DNA from: Macrostomum hystrix
Taxonomy: Eukaryota; Animalia; Platyhelminthes
Reading direction: 5' to 3'
Length of the DNA: 64,000 bases
NCBI GenBank assembly: GCA_950097015.1
Contig: CATNEN010000025.1
Location: 1,364,001 to 1,428,000, forward strand
Shown: positions 58,001 through 64,000 of the stretch, piece after piece
Position numbering within the stretch: the stretch's first letter is position 1
Layout of the letters: the number at the start of each line of letters is the position of its first letter
Made by a program: the position numbers and the translations under genes
The notes under the pieces: model-generated
The model's input: only the letters and a program-made list of their open reading frames with translations
Told to the model about the DNA's origin: nothing
The model's database searches: none

Positions 58001-61000
58001 CGCAAGAAAAAGTATACACTTAGTAAGGACGAAAAAATTCTGCTAAAAGTGCATAAACTTCTTAAAACGCTTAATGCTTAAAACCGGATTAGTCATTAAA
58101 ACACCGGAGCATACTAGGTAAGAATTGGATAGTACCCGACATTAAAAAGCCAAGCCAGGCAGGATAAAAGCCAGTGTTCGCTAGTTAAGTATACATATTC
58201 TTATGTTCTAATTTGGCTGAGCAACTGTTTTATAAATAATTTAGAAAAACCCCTACAAAAAAGATGCAGAAACATAGCAAATAATCCTTCGACACACATC
58301 ATGGTTGCTCTGTTCTGTCGAGACAAAACAGGGCACTGATATCAAGCTTCACCGAGCGTTGGCTGCTGATCGGCGTCCACTCCCGGGCCTTTCTGGTCGG
58401 CGGCCAGATGGACGCCTGGATCAGCATCGGCTGCGGCCTGGTCGGCATTTTCGTTCAGCAAAAATTCATGCGCTACATTTGTTAGACCGTAAAGCACTTG
58501 GATTAAGGAGCTCTGTTGACTAGCAAGTAAAGCGTACAAGTCTGCGATCGATCTTCCTGCTAAGATATTTCGGCGCTTTTACAGCCGCCGAATTGGTCTT
58601 CCATTGTTGAGTCTTTCTATAAAGACGACATAAGACATAAGTGGAGCAGATACTCCGATTTGGCGAGGGATATAGCGCGACTGAAATGGATAATCAAGAG
58701 AAATGAGGGTAAAGAAAGCTAAGATGGTGGACTTTGCGTTCGTTCGCTGGAAAGAAATATTATACATTTCTGTGAAGAATTGAGTGCAGAACTCAGCAGT
58801 TTAATTTGTCAGAAAGAAATCGCGATCGCAATCGTACGCGAGCCTTCAGCCCACTCGGTGTCGTCTTTGTCGGCTTCATCCTCAGCTTCACTGTCGCTAT
58901 GCCCCTGGCCCTGACGCCTATCATCGTTGGCTCCAGCAGGCCGTTCCCACAGTCCACAGCCGTGACACACAACCAGGTGCAGAATGTGGCCAATGCAGCT
59001 CAGTCTGCGCATGCAGTCACAGATTTTCCCAGCGCGGACGATGTTGCTGCCCTGGTCGGTAGTACATTTGCCGAACTTTTCCAGGAGTTTAAACTTCTGC
59101 AGGCATGCCTCAAAGGCATTTGCGATGGCTTCAGCAGTGTAGCGCTCTGTGAATGGGATGAAGTCGAGGATTGTACTTTCGATGTCGAAGTTCTCGTTGG
59201 CAAAATGTGCTGTGATGATCATGTAAGCTTTGTTCGTACGATCGGTCCACATGTCCGTTGTGAAGTTTACGACAGTTGGGGCTTCCAGGCGCTTCTTAAG
59301 AAAAACCACCTCCTGAAACAGGGAGTCTATTCTTTCTGAAACCTTCTATCGTTTCGGTCCAGAGTAGCCTGGCAAAATTGCGTTTAGAAATCCTTGCATC
59401 CCTTTCTTTCGAAAGTCACAGTATGAGCGGCCATCTTGAATGATTGCCTTGATGACAGCCTTATCTAGACTCTTGATCAGGGCACTCGAAAGAGGCTGTA
59501 CACATTTTGAAGTGGTCGCTTCACGGTTGGGGCTCACGGACACAGTTGCAAAGCTGCCAGTTATCTTCATCTGTTTCATTGGCGCAGGGCATAGTGGCAT
59601 AGTGGCATAGTCTGTGTCAATGGTGCAAGTGGCCCCTGCACTTAATGGGCCTCCAGCTAAACCTGTTGGCATAGGCACCTCCTCCTGCAAGGAAGCTGCT
59701 GCACAGCTGGGTTCTTTGTCATTGCAGAGCAGCTTTTGCTGAGTTCGGAGGTGGCTTAGAAATACCTTTGTTGAGCCATCCTTCTGGAGCTTGATTTGCA
59801 TAGGGCACTCTTTGCATTTGGCAGTTTTCTTGCTAGAAGTGGTCAAAAAAACTTCCAAACATTGGATTTTGCTGGTATTTGCTAGTCTTGTCTGTTCAAC
59901 TGAAATGAATATGATTTTTAGAAGATTAATATTCAAGAAAGTACAAGTACTATTGACAAATTTTTTTGTTGATTGTTGCTAAAAATAATTAATATATATT
60001 AATAGAAACAATATCTGTAATTTATTTGATTTTCTTTACTTCAATCAATAAGTAAATCTGAATGTTTTACAGGTTTAGAAGACAAGGCCTATGAATGATA
60101 GAAAAATGCAGGCACATATTATTAAATATTTGAAAGTTAAAATGTTTAAAGACATATTTGAAATATTTGAAAATAAGGGGCTTCTTAAACAAAAGCTCAA
60201 TAAAATATTTCTAGTTTTGCTATGATCATAATTCTGCTACTTTTATAGTTTTCAAGCTTGCTGATTTAAAAAAATGGTGCTCTTTTTCTTGTAGAACAAA
60301 CCCTTCATGTAGGATCATCTATCTAGGACCTGGGGACATTAATGGGGGATTTCTTAAGATGCTTAAGATTCTAAATCTTTTTCTAAGAAACAATACATTA
60401 AAAAGCATATAAACTTAAGAAAATAACAGTAGTAATAGTACTAATACTATACCCTAAGTAATAATTTTTTAAAGCTAGCTATATAGTAATTGTTAACGAG
60501 TTTAAATAAGCTAGAAAACTCTTTTTGACTTAATAGTCATCGCAGTTTATGGACGGCACGTTTCAAAAGCCAAGTCAGTCATGCAAAGTAGAATGTATTG
60601 GAATATGCACGTGCACAAGAAAGCATGAAATAAAGCTTTGAATTCAAGCGTCTTAAGCCTTAAGCGATCACGGTAAAAACAAAAAAGCTAGTTCATAAGG
60701 ATTTTTTCGTAGTTCTATAGGAATTCAGAAAATTAGCGAAACCCCCGAAAACCCTGAAATCCCGGTCCAAAATCCCGTCCCGAACCCCGATCCCGAACAT
60801 TTATCGGGAACCCCGAACCCCGGCCCCTAATCCCGACCACGAACCCCGACCTAACCCCGAGCCCCGAACACCCCGATACGCGACGCGGGTCATTATAAAG
60901 CGCTAAGAGGGAGCAACGTACAGTATTGCACTTAAGGAAAAAGTACAAATAATTTTAAGCAGCAGACCTTACAATTTCCACATAGTCGCAGCTTGCTGCC

Positions 61001-62223
61001 ATGGACTCCATAGCAGGTCACGAGTGAATTAGGAGAGACGGTCTTTTCGAAACAGGAGAGCTGTCTTATTTTCCCGACCGCTTTTGTAGCACTGCCTGCA
61101 TCGCTTTGTTGGTCGAGCGCAGGGACTACTATACTGCATACTAAATACTCTAAATACTACTAAATTCTAATACGAGTATTTAGTAGTCCCTGGTCGGGCG
61201 TTGTAGCAAGTAAAACGTTATGTAGCTGTTATATTTCTAAATGCCTTTTCAGCAAGCAATCAAAAACAAGTCTCTTGTCACTGAGCTGTATTTTGTTAAT
61301 AGACTAAAGCAATTGACAACTGACAACACTTTGATGTTGGCCTCCTAAAGTTGCTGAACTATATTCATGGATTTGCTAAGTATCACAGTAATGAGAAACA
61401 GTAATAAAATGCTAATCATGTGAATTCGAAATAAAAGTGCTAACTTAAAAGCTGTATTTGCTAAATAAGAATCTACCATTTCTCTCCACTAGATGTATTT
61501 CACTGGCGCTGTCTCAACCAGAGCATGCAGCGCTTGCCTAGCAACACAGCCCCGGCCGGCTACGAGTGTCCCATATGCTCTCGGCCAGTCATCCCGACTG
61601 ACAACGCCGCTGGTCCGGTGGTTGATGGGATCCGGGCCCGGCTCCGCAATGCCAGTTGGGCTCAGACCGCACTCGGCGGCTCGGCCGCTCCCTCTGCTAT
61701 CAATTCTGGAGTTGTAGCGGTTGCTATGGCAACCCAGCAGCAAGCTGCGCAGCCACCTCCGCCTGGCGCAGTGTCGCAGCGTCTGCCAACTGATAGCGTC
61801 GAAATGACATCGGAACGCTCAGTCGGTCACGTCCACGGCTTCGGCAAGAAGTCCGGCTTCAGTGCCGGCGGCGGCGTGCGAATGGCGCCTTCGCCCACGG
61901 CTGGTCATCCCAGGGATGTTGATGAGAATAAATATGCCAGGCGGCCGGCTTTCACCTGGCTGGCCTGGGTGCTGCGCTCCGGCTCCGGCGGCGCTAGTGG
62001 CGGCCCGTCGTCTAGACGAGCTCCGCTGTCTCCAAGGCGCCGCCTGCTTCTAGTCGGTTTCCTGGTGTTCCTAGCCGTGTCCACCCTGCTATACCTGATG
62101 TCCACCCTGGGCAGGCAGGCGGCCGAGAGCGACCCGATGCTACAGCCGGAGCTCAACCCCAACATTCGCGTGCAGCATCACGCCGCTGTGGTTGGCCGCG
62201 GCTCTGGGCCAGAAATTATTTGA
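55035..62223 (+). CDS. ZFPL1: Zinc finger protein-like 1 (Golgi, B-box/RING-like N-terminus, C-terminal TM), 3 exons, 314 aa
   Basis: Exons 55035-55136 ([34 protein letters not shown]), 56995-57106 ([19 protein letters not shown]...), 61493-62223 (DVFHWRCLN...TAPAGYECP...TM); 945 nt. Confidence 0.96.
57277..57345 (+). mobile_element. Degenerate SINE family 1 head
   Basis: GCAGAGTGGTTTAACATGTTTGCCTCGTGCACTAAGGTTTCTGAGCTCCATTTC resembles the family 1 5' end. Confidence 0.5.
57390..57865. repeat. Degenerate array of ACAACGCCGAAATTTCAC-like motifs in ZFPL1 intron 2
   Basis: Recurrent GCCGAAAT, ATTTCAC and CACAACGC motifs. Confidence 0.65.
58560..59936 (-). pseudogene. Decayed hAT-superfamily transposase (BED zinc finger plus catalytic domain) in ZFPL1 intron 2
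   Basis: BED-like AKCKEC...GST..L.SHLR; [17 protein letters not shown] and CIGHILHL motifs. ORFs 59346..59936 and 58809..59309 are one frame broken by a single TAG at 59346-59348; sequence below 58809 is degenerate. Confidence 0.88.
60733..60890. repeat. GC-rich cluster of CCCGA(A) motifs, possible subterminal repeats of the hAT element
   Basis: About 12 CCCGA-type motifs in an otherwise AT-rich intron, upstream of the transposase on its coding strand. No matching TIR found. Confidence 0.45.
61120..61192. mobile_element. 73-bp hAT-type MITE
   Basis: TIR CAGGGACTACTA / TAGTAGTCCCTG (12 bp perfect, extendable); 8-bp flanks GTCGAGCG (61112-61119) and GTCGGGCG (61193-61200), 7/8 identical. Confidence 0.85.
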
Positions 62224-63021
62224 GAAAATTTTGAGTATACCTAACGCGTCATAATCCGTTTTCTTAGTCCTTGCATACTCAGAAGAACTTGGTTATTAGG
62301 AATTGCAAATCTGTTCTATTTTGATGTTTTTCTGGGCTGGAATAAATCCTTAGTACTATATTGTACATATACAAAATAAGTGATTGCTCGATTGAGGTTT
62401 AAAATTTTTTGTAATCATTCTGCCTATCATTTCGTTTGTTTGCGAGTGTCTTCGACATTGTCGAAAAGCATATTTTTAATCCAATTCTCGTCTATTCTGT
62501 TTTGAAATACACTATTACTTGCTTTGTTTTGTTTGCTCGTTATAAACAGTAATACTAAAAGTATAGTTAATACTGAATATTGACATGTCATTTGGTGAAC
62601 TTCTGTTTTTAAAATAACTTGCACGGTGATAAGTTATTTTCGTCATACGGTCGAAAATAAACAATGTGAACTCTAAAGAACACGAGAAATGCGTTGTCAA
62701 TTACAGTTGAAATTCTTAGTTTTTTGTTGCAAGATACAGACAGTACAGGTCCTAATAAAAAATTTTATATAGCGCAAACAAAGGTTAACAATTATATTTT
62801 ATCATGAGCATTGTAAGTCACCAACAAATAGTAATGCACATTTACTCGCAATAAACTCGGCAGAATTGAGTTCAGACTAGAATATATAGTATAATTTGAC
62901 TTAGAGTAGTATTGTTCGCATCTGTGAAAGATTCCGATTAATTATAATTATTTGGTTGACGTCTAAAGAGCTTTAGTACCCCTGTAAAGACCCCCGTAAA
63001 TGTCCAAAAAGCACATCTTTG

Positions 63022-63238
63022 TCAGCGCACCATCAGGGCAATGTTGAAATAACTCATAATCATCATTAAAATGCCAGGCTGAGTGAGGCCAGACCACGCT
63101 AGATCAAACAGAAACACAGTGAATCTGGGCCAGGTGCCACGCATTCTGATTGGCTGTTGGTTTAAGAAGTTCTCAATTGATGGCTCTGAAAGCTGGTGCC
63201 AAATATTTGAAAGGAGCATCTCAGAGGCCTCGTGTGTG
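63022..63238 (-). CDS. Possible terminal exon of a gene extending beyond the window (hydrophobic C-terminus)
   Basis: Acceptor TTTTCATTTCAG followed by an open frame THEASEMLL...GILMMIMSYFNIALMVR*; no homology recognised. Confidence 0.3.
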
Positions 63239-64000
63239 CTGAAATGAAAAATAAAATGAGTTTCTAAATGTATTACATGACAATAAATCAACCTATCATA
63301 AATTAGACAACATTGACTGACTTTAGCTAGTTCAACATAGGAATATCCAAGGTAGCAAGAGAGAGAAAGCTCTGGTCTTATCCTTCTGCTTCCTTCCTCT
63401 TACTTAAGGCAAAACTTTTAAAAAGGTTACTGAAAGTGACAATTGCACAAATGAGAAATGAGATAGGCTCTAGATATGAGGTTTAATCCATCTACTCTTT
63501 ATTAAGCACACTTAAATTTGCAATATCTATATAATTATATTTTGTACCCTGACATCATTGTCCTTTATCTTCCAAAAATTATGCTACATCACTAGCAGGC
63601 CTAGCCTTAGAAAAGGTCATATAGAAAATTGGTTACTTTAGCAATAAATTGGAACAAAGTGTTTCACATAAAAAAGAAATATCTTTCTCATATCTATAGT
63701 TACTTCTAAACAAAAAGGATTAAATCAAATAGTACTAATCTAAACAAAGCATTACAAATTATAAACAAAAAACAAATTCCCTTTCTTATATAGGCCCTAG
63801 GAACAATACACTAACATTTTAAAGGATTAACAGTGATTATACAACTTTCTAAGGCTTTTTCCAGTAGATTATTTAACTCTCAGGCATATTGCAGGTGCTG
63901 TTTATTTGAAATTCTAGCAGTTGCAGGATTTATTCTAAACAGTTTGGACCATAGACAATTTAACACTTCAAGCAAAACTTATTGCAATGTCTAGACTCTC

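Overview
Eukaryotic (metazoan) genomic DNA with spliced genes. Short introns, GC-rich exons with polyQ/polyG runs and very dense, diverse minisatellites would fit a free-living flatworm such as Macrostomum, but this is unverified. By manual splice reconstruction with phase-consistent GT-AG introns I find seven complete genes: a peptide-type class A GPCR (+), a globin with an N-terminal MGC acylation motif (-), a single-exon SLC3 heavy chain (+), a TMEM72-like protein (-), a nicotinic acetylcholine receptor alpha subunit (-), an aquaporin with an unusual filter (-) and ZFPL1 (+). There is also a partial orphan polyQ gene and a possible terminal exon at the right edge. Roughly 20 kb (about 30%, summed by hand) is tandem repeat, and these arrays generate most entries of the ORF track, which are artefacts. 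Mobile elements are two tRNA-headed SINE families, a Charlie-like hAT non-autonomous element carrying a minisatellite, a 73-bp hAT-type MITE, an internally deleted mariner ORF, a decayed hAT transposase and a probable LINE RT relic. No CRISPR array, rRNA or bona fide tRNA gene is supported. I found no single clearly new multi-gene system; the best leads are the acylated globin, the aquaporin filter, the minisatellite-carrying hAT element and the mariner deletion ORF.
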